A stretch of DNA of 64,000 nt from a virus. Shown here one piece after another: positions 1 through 9,663 of the stretch; within the stretch, counting starts at the first letter, position 1, and every line of letters begins with the position of its first letter. The translations under genes and the position numbers were made by a program. Under the pieces are notes generated by a model. That model did not search any database. It had not been told where the DNA came from and worked only from the letters and a program-made list of their open reading frames with translations. The DNA lies in the IMG/VR virus record IMGVR_UViG_3300036770_006330, one strand, 5' to 3'.

Positions 1-913
1 ATTGATTATCGTTTGCCGTTCTTACCAAAACATCCCAAACAGATTCTTCTCCGTCAGAACTTCGAGCTTTGAATGTGCTTTTCGTCTTTGATGTCTGCTG
101 CCCCACAAACTGTAAGCCAAATTTTCGCGCTGCATTTCCTGCATATTGATACCCAGAGCTACCAGTTACTGAGCCCGGAGTCTTATCCCTGCGCATTTGC
201 TGAAGTGCCTTATTTCGGGCTTTGATTATTACCGATGGAGAGCCGCCAGGGCCTGGTCGAGCCGAGACCTCTGCTATCTCATACCGGCGCCCACGGTACG
301 TAATGTCACGACGAATTACGAAATAATTGCTTTCGAACATCCTGTAGTCTTCATCAATGACCTCGATTGAAATTTCAGGATTCAGGTCCATTGAGTAGCT
401 GACAGTGACTGCGACCATATTTTCAGAAAATGTTTGTAACGATGCGCCATAAAGGTCTGACATCTGCAAGATACCGCCGAGGTTTCTATTATTCGGCTCT
501 ATGATTTCGTTTATCGGATACCATGTTTTTTCGCCAACAAGATAATTAGGATTGTTTTTTATCTGAGAGCGATATTTCTCACCTTCTTTTTTCGAAAGTA
601 GGGTCGCATACGAGTTTGCATCTTTGAGACGCGCAAATTTGCCCAAATGTCTGCCGGTATCCAAATACAGCAGCCGAGCGTCTTTTTCGGTAAGCTGATT
701 TCCATCATCTGAAATGGTTGGTATTACCGTAAAAACACTTGTGCCGTCTGGGTATTTGTCCGTAATTGTTATAGACGCGATGGTCGCTATGGTGCCGTTT
801 TTAAGCTTTACAATCGGTCGGAGGTTTAGATTGATATTCCCATAGGCGATAACGTTTGCCTCAAAGACTCCAGCCTCTTGCGCTGTCGGATATTCAGGGC
901 GCCGTTCAAGCAT
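1..913 (-). CDS. Baseplate hub / late-control-D-like tail protein with an extra N-terminal domain (runs off the window)
   Basis: Not in the ORF track. Hand translation from ATG 913: MLERRPEYP...FSENMVAVTVSYSMDLNPEISIEVID...YEIAEVSARPG...EESVWDVLVRTANDNQ. The 'ESxWDxLxRxA' pattern and the position two genes after the tape measure fit gpD/XkdQ-type hubs. Confidence 0.55.
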   Translation of the reverse strand, partial: MLERRPEYPTAQEAGVFEANVIAYGNINLNLRPIVKLKNGTIATIASITITDKYPDGTSVFTVIPTISDDGNQLTEKDARLLYLDTGRHLGKFARLKDANSYATLLSKKEGEKYRSQIKNNPNYLVGEKTWYPINEIIEPNNRNLGGILQMSDLYGASLQTFSENMVAVTVSYSMDLNPEISIEVIDEDYRMFESNYFVIRRDITYRGRRYEIAEVSARPGPGGSPSVIIKARNKALQQMRRDKTPGSVTGSSGYQYAGNAARKFGLQFVGQQTSKTKSTFKARSSDGEESVWDVLVRTANDNQ

Positions 914-927
914 TTATATTCACGCCT

Positions 928-1650
928 CTAGCCACGCCGTCCGTAAAGCTTATCGGCCAGTTGATTCGCTAAAGCGTATTGACCGGCAGCCCGCAGGGCC
1001 GCAATTTGTGCGGCCGTATCGTCTTTGTTGCCAGTTTTGTCGTCGGTGGGTTTCTTTTTTTGCTCTGGTTTAAATTTCCCATATTTGAACCTGGGTAGCA
1101 AAATCATTTTATTACTGCGCGGCTTAAATTCGACCAATGAAAGAGTGCATTGAGCGGCTGTAGTTTGGCCGTCAGTATTTATTCTGGTATGAGAAAACGA
1201 AATGTTATCTATGTACCAATGCGGAGTTGAGAGCGATTCATGAACGTTGTCAAAATCTACGGGTATGCCGTAGTTGGCGAATTCTTGAAGAAGTTTAATC
1301 TCCGAGTCAATTGGGATAAAAAATCCATCCAATCTCGATGCAATCACAAATTCAAACGAACATCTGAGCGCCTTGCCACCTGTCGTATCTATTACCGGAA
1401 CAGAATATGGTCTATTAATCTCATTTAGGGTTATGCCATAGCCTTCGTGCGTAAATGTTGTGGGCGGAAATATAAATTCATATTTTAGAAAAGGTGATGT
1501 TACCTGCCGCATCGCACGGACTTTTGGCATAAAGTCATTTTTAGTTGTGTTGCCATTTCGTGCGTTTGATTCAAGCGTCGCCCGTACCTTGGTTAGCCTC
1601 TCGAAGTCAGACGAACCAACGACATCACGTCCCGAAATTGCGATAGCCAT
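928..1650 (-). CDS. Probable tail-tube initiator / baseplate protein
   Basis: Directly downstream of the tape measure; beta-rich 'WYIDNISFSHTR...AAQCTLSLVEF' pattern typical of tube-initiator folds; mostly a positional call. Confidence 0.45.
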   Translation of the reverse strand: MAIAISGRDVVGSSDFERLTKVRATLESNARNGNTTKNDFMPKVRAMRQVTSPFLKYEFIFPPTTFTHEGYGITLNEINRPYSVPVIDTTGGKALRCSFEFVIASRLDGFFIPIDSEIKLLQEFANYGIPVDFDNVHESLSTPHWYIDNISFSHTRINTDGQTTAAQCTLSLVEFKPRSNKMILLPRFKYGKFKPEQKKKPTDDKTGNKDDTAAQIAALRAAGQYALANQLADKLYGRRG

Positions 1651-4600
1651 TTACGACCTCTGCTTCCAGTTTCTTTGCATTTTCATGATTTCTTGAGCAA
1701 CAGCGCGCGCAGTAGATTGGGCATCTCCGCCGCCGTTTACTGTTATGTTGTACGTGTCGCCAGCGTAATTTGTTGTTCCACCGCTCATCGCAGACAGCAT
1801 TGAGCTGGAGGTGTCGCCCATCGGCCCCACTGGAGGTACGACATGGAGGTGTCTTCCATCGCCAGAGCCGTGGAACTCTGCAAATCCACCAGATGCGTTT
1901 ACTAGGCCGGCGTACTGGTTGAGGTTGGAGCCGATGAGGTCATAGGCATGGCCTGTGGCATGGTCTGAATTATTTGAGCCAAGCGCAAAGTTGCGCAAAG
2001 AGCTCGTTACGGTCCTGTTGCCCGGAACCATGCTGTTAAATATGCCATGTTTGCCCATTGTCTTTTTCAGTTGAGACGATTGCGTATCTCCGATAGGAAC
2101 AAGTTTGCTGATATTTCCGTCTTTATCAAGCTGCGCCTCAAAGCCAGTATTCCACCAGTTTGGAGCGTCATCCCACCAAAGCGGTCTGTTTTCTTTTGCC
2201 ATAAAACCACTCTGAATCGCGTCAAAGAACCCTTTTCGCATCACCTCTGCCTCTGCGGTAAGAATATCTTTGAACGGGTCAAGTTGACCGGAAAGTTCTT
2301 TTGTTAGGCCAACTCCAAATAGGTTTGTGCCCTGCCGTGGGCCAGATGTGCCGACCGAGCCAAATATGCTGTTGTAGTAGGCCGAAATCTCGCTTTGGCT
2401 CTTGCCCTTGAGCGCTGTCCCTCTGGCCAAATCACCCTCAAGTTTCTGCAATGAGGCCAATGCTGTTGCGTCACCACCCATTGCCTTATTAATCATTGTA
2501 AGAATCGCATTCTCGGTTGCTTTGGCACCCTTGTCCGCATCTGAGAATACGAAACCAGACGATGCAAGCATTGCCCCCAGCTGTGTCGACATTTGCATAG
2601 CGGTTCCGGATGCGGTTTGCTTCTGTGCTTCACCAATTAGGCCTTGGGCTTCTCCACCCATGGACAGGCCCTCCAGAACTCCACCGGGCCCGAATGCTGT
2701 TCCTTTGCCAACATTTGCGCCGATTCCCATTCGCTGAGCGGTCACTATGAAGTTAGTTAGCGGGCTTTCTGGGTTTATATAATTCGAATAATCCTGAAGC
2801 TTTGTGTAGTAGTCAAGAAATGCTTCGGTCGATGTATCTCCACCACGGAGTGTTTGACCCGCCGCTTGGAGGGCATCCTTCATTTCTTTAGATTGCCTAA
2901 ACTTTGCAAATACGTCCAATGATGCAACTTGCACATCCCGCAAGGAGTCCTTAAATTGCTTAGAAGTCTTTACCATTCCTACGCCAAGCTTCTGGACAGC
3001 ATCAGTCAGGCTGAGCGTCGTGTCGTAGAGATTTACGTTTTTCTCCATCGCAAGTTCAAAAATTGCTTCCGATGTCATGCCTGTGGATTGCTTAAGGCCC
3101 TTCATGATTGCGTCAAACTGGTTAAATGCTGGACCGAGTGCCATATTCATGGTCTTGTTAACGTTCTTGAGTTCTTCGGCGGCAGTTCCGGCCCTGTCGC
3201 CAGTAGCCAATGACAGAGCATTGCCGTCAATTATGCCGGCATCGATATATGGCTTAAGAACTTTCTGGCGCGCAGCCGGTGTTTTGGCAGCAGCAAAATC
3301 ACGAGACAAGTTTGAAGACTGAGCAAGCAAATTCCGAGCACCAGCGGTACTTCCTTTCAGCCCACCAGCTAGCGCAGCGGAAGCTATTGAGGACATTTGT
3401 GCATCACCAACAGCACGCATTGCCGACTTGACCATTTTCCCCTGATTGCGTTTCGCCGCAAAATAACCGAGGCCTGCTCCAAGGAGTCCGCCAACAGCTG
3501 CGCCTAATGGCCCAGCAATCATCGAACCGATTGCCGCGCCTCCGACGGCTCCCGAAATCATGCCACCCTTGCGGGTTTTTGCGCTAAATGCTGTGAGACC
3601 AGCACCAACGGCAAGGCCAAGCATCGGATTTATTGACATCAAACCGGCTCCAGCTTGCAAGCCCCCCATAGCCTCCTCCGAGACCATTCCCGCTCCGGCA
3701 AGTTTTTCAATTGCGTATCCGCTCGCCAGAGAAGCTGCTAATCCAGCGCCGCTGAAGGAATTGCGCATGCCCGCCTTAATGCCGCGCATTCGGCTGAATT
3801 TTGCGTTAGCCGGAATTTCTCCCTTTGCCTGAGCATCAAGGAAGTTTTGACGAGCCATCCGATAGCCAGCGCCAAAGTTACCGCCCTTCTTGCCACTAAC
3901 TGTTCTGTCGAATATATTGCCGCCAGGTCCAGATTTGGCAAATCCAAGTTGCCCCATGAGTTCTTGGCGGAACCCACGATAACCGGTTGTTCCATAACCC
4001 TGACCAAGAATTCCCCTAAGTAATCCGCCCTTCAACCCGCCTGCTGCGGCAGATGTCCCACCGCCCATTGCCCCACTAATTCCTGCCTCACGAGCGGCAA
4101 GTGCAACAGCACCCTGTTCTCGTCCAAGCCACATGTTGTAGAGGCCTTGTCGACCAAATCTGGTGGCGTTTCGCATATTTGCGCGTATGGCTCCAGGAAG
4201 GGCGCGCATTCTCCCGCCAATTGACGTGTACTGTCTGCCCGGCATGAAACCAGACTGCTGGAGCCGCGCATCCGTCGCATATCTGTAAGGGTCATTGCTC
4301 AAAAGAGTGCTGTGTGGCCCGCTAGGAGCGTTGGGACGCATAGCTCGTCTTGCTCGTCGTTCTGACTCTTTATATTGCTCCCTAGTCATCATTCTCATGC
4401 CGATTGCGTCTAGGTCTTGAGAAACACCTATCTGTCTGCCATAAATATTTGTCTGACCTGACTTATCTGAATACAGGGTTGGGGCCCTATATCCTCTCTG
4501 CTCTAGTGGAAGGTCAACAGTCCCCCGATTCGCCACCTTCCACCTGATAATGTCGCGTTGATAGTCGGCATTTGACTGTCCAGGTTTTCTTCTTGGGAGG

Positions 4601-6498
4601 CTTCTGTATCGCCCTGTAGCTGGGTCAACTGAACCGCCGCCCATACCTCCCCTAAGTGAGCTACCGAAAGCTGCGGAGGAAATTGCGCCTGCTGCGGAGC
4701 TAAGGGCTCCTGCCGCGCCACTGAGGGCGCCGCCAGCTCCAGTGAGACTGCTTGCTGCTGGTGCCATTGCAGCAGATGTCGCGCTAGACATTGCGCCAGA
4801 AAGCGAACCGAGACCTGGCGGTTGCGCACCACCGGCAGGCATTGCTTTTCCGCTATAAATCATGTCATCGAACGACATTTGATATCCGCGATTTCTTTGG
4901 AACCTCGCCGCTCTGCGTCCCTTGAACGCAAGCGCTCCAAGGCCACCGACTATCGCGGCACCACCAACACTGCCAAGGCCAGCAACCCCAGATACTGCAC
5001 TACCAAGTAATTTCATAAAAAACGAAAGCGCTTTAAGAAGAGGGGTGATTATTGGAAGGGCAGCCGCAAATGCCTCCCTCACAGCGCGGCTTATCTCAAA
5101 GAAGCCTTCGACGACCGATTTGAGCGCATCTCCGAATGCTAGGAAATCGTCTTTGTACTTTACTGCTTGTTCATCAAGCGCTTTTACGCTTTTGCCGATT
5201 TGCTTGAATATTTCAAGAATCGGCTTACCGAATGTTTGAATGACTATCGAGCCGCCATCTCTCAAAGGCTCGAGCGCGTCGCGCACCTGGCGGAAATACA
5301 CAGCAAAATCTTTAAAGAAATTTGTTGTTCTTTTCCAGAAACCCTCAGTTGCGGGCAGGAATTTGCGGAACATAACAACAGCAAAATCTTCTAATTTATT
5401 TGTAAACGCAACAAGCGAGCCAATGAACGGTCCCCTACCGAATGTGACAAGGTCGCCAGATATTCTTCTAAACGTCCTCATCAGCCCTTGGAAAATGTCA
5501 AACATGCCCTTCTTAATTGGCTCAAGGACGCGTTGTCCAACGTCCGAAATCTCAACCAGCGCTTGGCTTATATACGCTTTGAATTGACCAAACAGTGTTC
5601 TGCTTATGGCATCTGCCTGCCCAGACACTCCAGCTTCTGCGGCAATCTTGCCACTTAGCAAATCATCCATAAAGGCCTGCATGTTTTTGTATGAACCCTT
5701 CTTGAAGGCCTTGTCAAATTCAGGACTTATTTGTTTTGCTGCATTCAATGCTTCAGCGGTGAATTTCTTCTCTTTTTGCAGGAGACCGATAAAGGACGCT
5801 GCAGCCTGGAGACTTTTCGCCGGGTCGCCACTCGCCTGGGCAAAGTCAGCCATCGCCTTCAGGGCATTCTTAGAGGCTGGAGTAAACGCTGTACTCTTGC
5901 TGACCGCCGCGAATGCTCCAGCAAGGGCCTGCACCCCAAATGTGGCAAGAGTTGCGTCCTGGTAGAGACTTCTGAGATTTTGTGATGACTGGTCTAGGGC
6001 GCTACCAAGCTGTGCAGAATCTTTGTATCTGAACTGAAATTGCGCTGCTTGAAACTCACGGAATGCTGCTGCTGCACCTATTGCTGCTGCACCGACAGCC
6101 GCCAGCGTCCCAGCAAGCGCCTGCATGCCATAGTTATATACACGCATGGCAAATTTGCCTATTGCAAAAGCTGCATTTACGCTTGCTATAGCAAGTGCAG
6201 AAATACCGAACTCAATGCCCATAGCTATTACAGAAAACATGATGAGTCGCGCAAACTTCAGTACGCGAGTCCCAACCTTCTCCATCAACGTCAGCTCTCG
6301 CGTGAACTTCTGGCTGCTTTTGCTCGTCTTGTTCATCGCGCCACTAAGGCGTGTCATCGAGCCTGACAGTCTGTCAGTTCTGGTTTCTAGGCGTTTTGCA
6401 ACCTTCTCAAACGCAAGTAATTTTGCAGAGGCGGCGGTGAGATTGCGTTCACCCTTGACATTAACGTCAACTGTTAAATTTACGCGCTCGTCAGCCAT
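1651..6498 (-). CDS. Tape measure protein with C-terminal M15-like Zn peptidase domain
   Basis: 1615 aa, Ala/Gly-rich and helical, directly after the chaperone genes; C-terminal SDHATGHAYD...RHLHV matches the M15 SxHxxGxAxD / HxH signature. Confidence 0.9.
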   Translation of the reverse strand: MADERVNLTVDVNVKGERNLTAASAKLLAFEKVAKRLETRTDRLSGSMTRLSGAMNKTSKSSQKFTRELTLMEKVGTRVLKFARLIMFSVIAMGIEFGISALAIASVNAAFAIGKFAMRVYNYGMQALAGTLAAVGAAAIGAAAAFREFQAAQFQFRYKDSAQLGSALDQSSQNLRSLYQDATLATFGVQALAGAFAAVSKSTAFTPASKNALKAMADFAQASGDPAKSLQAAASFIGLLQKEKKFTAEALNAAKQISPEFDKAFKKGSYKNMQAFMDDLLSGKIAAEAGVSGQADAISRTLFGQFKAYISQALVEISDVGQRVLEPIKKGMFDIFQGLMRTFRRISGDLVTFGRGPFIGSLVAFTNKLEDFAVVMFRKFLPATEGFWKRTTNFFKDFAVYFRQVRDALEPLRDGGSIVIQTFGKPILEIFKQIGKSVKALDEQAVKYKDDFLAFGDALKSVVEGFFEISRAVREAFAAALPIITPLLKALSFFMKLLGSAVSGVAGLGSVGGAAIVGGLGALAFKGRRAARFQRNRGYQMSFDDMIYSGKAMPAGGAQPPGLGSLSGAMSSATSAAMAPAASSLTGAGGALSGAAGALSSAAGAISSAAFGSSLRGGMGGGSVDPATGRYRSLPRRKPGQSNADYQRDIIRWKVANRGTVDLPLEQRGYRAPTLYSDKSGQTNIYGRQIGVSQDLDAIGMRMMTREQYKESERRARRAMRPNAPSGPHSTLLSNDPYRYATDARLQQSGFMPGRQYTSIGGRMRALPGAIRANMRNATRFGRQGLYNMWLGREQGAVALAAREAGISGAMGGGTSAAAGGLKGGLLRGILGQGYGTTGYRGFRQELMGQLGFAKSGPGGNIFDRTVSGKKGGNFGAGYRMARQNFLDAQAKGEIPANAKFSRMRGIKAGMRNSFSGAGLAASLASGYAIEKLAGAGMVSEEAMGGLQAGAGLMSINPMLGLAVGAGLTAFSAKTRKGGMISGAVGGAAIGSMIAGPLGAAVGGLLGAGLGYFAAKRNQGKMVKSAMRAVGDAQMSSIASAALAGGLKGSTAGARNLLAQSSNLSRDFAAAKTPAARQKVLKPYIDAGIIDGNALSLATGDRAGTAAEELKNVNKTMNMALGPAFNQFDAIMKGLKQSTGMTSEAIFELAMEKNVNLYDTTLSLTDAVQKLGVGMVKTSKQFKDSLRDVQVASLDVFAKFRQSKEMKDALQAAGQTLRGGDTSTEAFLDYYTKLQDYSNYINPESPLTNFIVTAQRMGIGANVGKGTAFGPGGVLEGLSMGGEAQGLIGEAQKQTASGTAMQMSTQLGAMLASSGFVFSDADKGAKATENAILTMINKAMGGDATALASLQKLEGDLARGTALKGKSQSEISAYYNSIFGSVGTSGPRQGTNLFGVGLTKELSGQLDPFKDILTAEAEVMRKGFFDAIQSGFMAKENRPLWWDDAPNWWNTGFEAQLDKDGNISKLVPIGDTQSSQLKKTMGKHGIFNSMVPGNRTVTSSLRNFALGSNNSDHATGHAYDLIGSNLNQYAGLVNASGGFAEFHGSGDGRHLHVVPPVGPMGDTSSSMLSAMSGGTTNYAGDTYNITVNGGGDAQSTARAVAQEIMKMQRNWKQRS

Positions 6499-6527
6499 GA
6501 CCCTACCTAGGTAATAAATTCGATGCG

Positions 6528-6725
6528 CTAGTACCCTTGAGACTTGCGCTCGGCTGCCTCACGGTCTGCCTCAATAACTTTAGCACAGGCAAGCCTTATA
6601 ATCCATTGCTCAAACGAGCAATCCATTAGCTTTATTGGGTCCGTCCCAAACAACTCGCCCAACCGGGCTGCAGTTATTATTCGGTTGTCGTCAACTAGTT
6701 CGCTGAGGACGGAGTCGTAGGGTTT
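6528..6725 (-). CDS. -1 frameshift extension of the tail assembly chaperone (gpGT-like)
   Basis: The -1 frame is open from the slippery site to TAG at 6528-6530 (PYDSVLSELVDDNRIITAARLGELFGTDPIKLMDCSFEQWIIRLACAKVIEADREAAERKSQGY*) and fills the gap before the tape measure. Confidence 0.8.
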   Translation of the reverse strand, partial: KPYDSVLSELVDDNRIITAARLGELFGTDPIKLMDCSFEQWIIRLACAKVIEADREAAERKSQGY

Positions 6726-7204
6726 TCCTGCTGCTCGACAGTGTCGCCATAACCAGCGGCGTCAATGATTGCGAGTGCGGCTGACTCGAGATGCGGGTCG
6801 AGACCGAAAAACTTTTGAACTGCATCAGGAAGGGCGCGCGTTGCACCAGTCATCTTGAGCACAGATGGAGAAGCAAATCCGAGAGACTTGCCGCCCTCGA
6901 GAACCTCTTCACCGTTCAAGTAGATGCCCTTCGTCGTGTGTCCAATGACTTGGCACGCAAAGCGGATTGCATCGAGGCCGCTCTTGGATTCTGAGCCAGC
7001 GTTCTTTTGCCACGCTTTAATTTGCTGCTGCGTAATGTTTGGGCTCACGAGAATCGACACGCCCGGCCGTTCTGGAACGTTGATAAAGATGTCTGGTCGA
7101 CTCACCTTCTTGCTGATTACAGCAGTGAGTTGGTCGAGGACATTGTCCGAATCAACGAGTGGTTCGTTGTCGAAATTGCTTGATTCTGAGTACAGGTTCG
7201 TCAT
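6695..7204 (-). CDS. Tail assembly chaperone (gpG-like)
   Basis: Lies between tube and tape measure; carries an in-frame X XXY YYZ heptamer near its 3' end. Confidence 0.8.
   Translation of the reverse strand: MTNLYSESSNFDNEPLVDSDNVLDQLTAVISKKVSRPDIFINVPERPGVSILVSPNITQQQIKAWQKNAGSESKSGLDAIRFACQVIGHTTKGIYLNGEEVLEGGKSLGFASPSVLKMTGATRALPDAVQKFFGLDPHLESAALAIIDAAGYGDTVEQQENPTTPSSAN
6719..6725 (-). promoter_or_regulatory. Programmed -1 ribosomal frameshift slippery site A AAC CCT
   Basis: Codons GAA AAC CCT give a correctly phased X XXY YYZ heptamer, 7 codons before the gpG stop. Confidence 0.75.
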
Positions 7205-7257
7205 GCAGAGAACACTAGCACCATGACCACCCTACTGGTGGATGTCAATAGGTTCTA

Positions 7258-7710
7258 TTACTGAGTTGGCGCGCCAGAAATGGCGAACGTCAACGCAATC
7301 GTTGCGGGGGCGCCCGATGAGGCATCGCCTTCTGGCTCCGAAAGACCAACGAGAAGCGCATTTGAATAGACGCGCTCAGACTGGGCGTTCTTGAGGTCGC
7401 AGTCAGTGTCGTAAATCTTGATTTCGTAGTAAGCCCGACCAACGACCGTACGGACATCCTTGATAATTGTCCGCATGTCTGCATCGTAGTGCTTTGTCAG
7501 CGTGATATCGCCGACTTCAGATGGCGCACACAGCACTTCCGGGAACGGAGTGCCACCTACATAAATTTTCTCGACGGCAGCCGTGATTTCACCACCAGAC
7601 ACCTGGGCAAAGTACCCAGAAAGAGATGGTCCGATAACGGCAACGTTTTGCGTAATCGGCGTGATTTCGGCAATAATCTGCCTCTGAGCCAATTTTGTGG
7701 AAAGAGCCAT
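7258..7710 (-). CDS. Tail tube protein
   Basis: 150 aa right after the sheath; FAQVSGGEITA...EVGDITLTK...DASSGAPATIALTF fits the T4 gp19-like tube pattern. Confidence 0.8.
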   Translation of the reverse strand: MALSTKLAQRQIIAEITPITQNVAVIGPSLSGYFAQVSGGEITAAVEKIYVGGTPFPEVLCAPSEVGDITLTKHYDADMRTIIKDVRTVVGRAYYEIKIYDTDCDLKNAQSERVYSNALLVGLSEPEGDASSGAPATIALTFAISGAPTQ

Positions 7711-7735
7711 GTATTCCTCCGTGTTCCTTTACTAA

Positions 7736-9193
7736 TTACACCAATGTTGCCGTGAGGTTGGACTTGGTGATTTCCACCTCAATCGTGTCGCCGATTGAAG
7801 ATACTCGCGCTCCAACCTTTGCCTTGATGACTCCGGTTGCAAGCTGAGACAGTGGGTTGTTGGCATTGTTGACCTGCACCGTGTAGCCAGGGTCAATCTG
7901 TTTCCCATTAGCGTCAAACGCCTCGTACAATCCTCCGCCAACTCGAATTCGGTCCATGATGGCCACAAGAGTTGCCTGCACTCTTGAGAATGTCGACTGA
8001 CGTCCATCGATTGGCAAGAACAAGAGCGCTTCAAGAGCAATCTCTGATTCATGGACAATCTGGTTCAGCACTTCTCGCGCGATGATGAAGCGATAATTCG
8101 CAACGTCATCCGATGCCGAGCGAGCACCGTACACTCTGACAGTTCCATTGATTACACGAATCGCATTGATGTAGTTATTGTCCAGACTGTCTGCATCCGC
8201 TTTTGACAGTGAAGAGTACACGCCTGTTACGAACGATGCTTCTGTTCTTTCGCCAGCGTATGGGTTCCACGAACCATAGAGATTGTGGACTCTTGCGCGC
8301 TTGCCGCAAACATAGCCTTCCGGTGGAATCGTTGTCGTAAGCGAACCGTTTGGAATCTTCACCCAAGGGTAGAAGAATGCGCCAAATTGCGCATTTGCCA
8401 AACCAGTGTGATTTGCTGCTTCAGAAATGGCAGTCGAGACGCTCGTATCTTTATCGAACGACATGATTGCGATTCTGTTATTGTTTTGAGCATGTGACAG
8501 CAAATAGTTACGGACAGTCTCGCTGGTGAATCCAGGTGCGCATACTGCGCCAGGTCCGAGATTCGAGGTAAACGTGCCGAGAGCAGCATTTACGTCAGCA
8601 TCAACAAGGGCTGAGCCATTGGTTCCGCCAGCAAATGTTGTTGCCGCAGAAACTTTTGGAATCTCCGAAGATGCTCCAGCTGCAGCGGTGAAGTACAGCG
8701 CTGCTACTGGGCTGTTGTTAATTTCCTCAATCGCTGTTTCAGGCGATGTATGTGTCGCTGAAGTGTAGACAAGGCTGCCATTCAGTCGCACCTTGACTCT
8801 AAAGCTGACGCTTGCCGATGGGTGGTCAACCTCTGCGGTAAGACCGCCCGAGTTTGCCCAAGTTCCGGTACCAGAGGCAAGAAGGTTGATGCAAGCCACG
8901 TTGTCGGCATCAAATAGGGTCAAGCCAGCTTCAACGGCATCCTCATCCACGACTCTCGATACGTACGCACGTGCGCCACCCTCTTCGAAGAAGGTTTCAA
9001 TTGTCTGATGCGTCCAGCCGGTTGATACGTAGCCACCAAAGATGTCTTCGAAGTCGGAAAGGCTGGTCACCAAGTGTGATGAACCATCAGGACCACGCTC
9101 AGTTACACCAACAACGAACATCGTTGCTGTGGCCGCGGTCTGGGTGTTGATTGGGCCCGTGCGGACCGCAGTGGTAACAACTATGCCTGGCAT
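7736..9193 (-). CDS. Contractile tail sheath protein
   Basis: N-terminal MPGIVV...FVVGVTERGP; FFYPWVK, PPEGYVCG, GARS and C-terminal NNPLSQLATGVIKAKVG sheath motifs; GGAGG RBS. Confidence 0.95.
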   Translation of the reverse strand: MPGIVVTTAVRTGPINTQTAATATMFVVGVTERGPDGSSHLVTSLSDFEDIFGGYVSTGWTHQTIETFFEEGGARAYVSRVVDEDAVEAGLTLFDADNVACINLLASGTGTWANSGGLTAEVDHPSASVSFRVKVRLNGSLVYTSATHTSPETAIEEINNSPVAALYFTAAAGASSEIPKVSAATTFAGGTNGSALVDADVNAALGTFTSNLGPGAVCAPGFTSETVRNYLLSHAQNNNRIAIMSFDKDTSVSTAISEAANHTGLANAQFGAFFYPWVKIPNGSLTTTIPPEGYVCGKRARVHNLYGSWNPYAGERTEASFVTGVYSSLSKADADSLDNNYINAIRVINGTVRVYGARSASDDVANYRFIIAREVLNQIVHESEIALEALLFLPIDGRQSTFSRVQATLVAIMDRIRVGGGLYEAFDANGKQIDPGYTVQVNNANNPLSQLATGVIKAKVGARVSSIGDTIEVEITKSNLTATLV

Positions 9194-9244
9194 TTTTCCT
9201 CCGTCCCATTTCAGATAGGAACTACTTTGTATGAGACTACTGAA

Positions 9245-9250
9245 ATTATA
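9245..9250 (-). promoter_or_regulatory. Candidate -10 box (TATAAT) upstream of the sheath gene
   Basis: Perfect TATAAT in the 98-nt intergenic gap, about 50 nt before the sheath ATG. Confidence 0.45.
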
Positions 9251-9291
9251 CCGACCACACGCCTAATCTGGCGTATGTTTGCAGTCTCTGA

Positions 9292-9663
9292 CTATTTGAA
9301 TAGATTGCTTAACTCATCAACTTTCTGTTTTTGCTCTGCCGCAACCTTGACCTTGCTTTTTCGCTTTGGCTTGGTTTCGGAGACCGCTTCTTCCGGTTGA
9401 GATAGTGTTTGACTGCTCTTTTGGCTCTGCTTTGAGCCTTCCTGTGCAGCAGCAATTATGACGATTTTCCCAGTGTCAAGTAGACGTTTTACAAGTTCAT
9501 CATTTGGGTCAACCAGCGCAAAACATCTACCCATAAGATAAGCGCCAGCCATCACCTGAATTGTCTGTGATGTCAAATTGCGCACCTGAACGAGGTGTGA
9601 GTACTCTTTCTGGATGACATCAACTTTGTCGGCTAAACCTACAAAATTTCCGTTAGAGCTCAT
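9292..9663 (-). CDS. Hypothetical protein (neck/tail region)
   Basis: Overlaps the upstream stop by 4 nt and fills the operon gap. Confidence 0.6.
   Translation of the reverse strand: MSSNGNFVGLADKVDVIQKEYSHLVQVRNLTSQTIQVMAGAYLMGRCFALVDPNDELVKRLLDTGKIVIIAAAQEGSKQSQKSSQTLSQPEEAVSETKPKRKSKVKVAAEQKQKVDELSNLFK

Noticed and set aside
4060-6380. LSGSM, LSGAM and ISGAM in the tape measure protein
   Set aside because: They lie in very Gly/Ala/Ser/Met-rich low-complexity sequence where chance matches are likely, and mostly start with Leu. Not counted among the 16 motifs, but worth including as a control.
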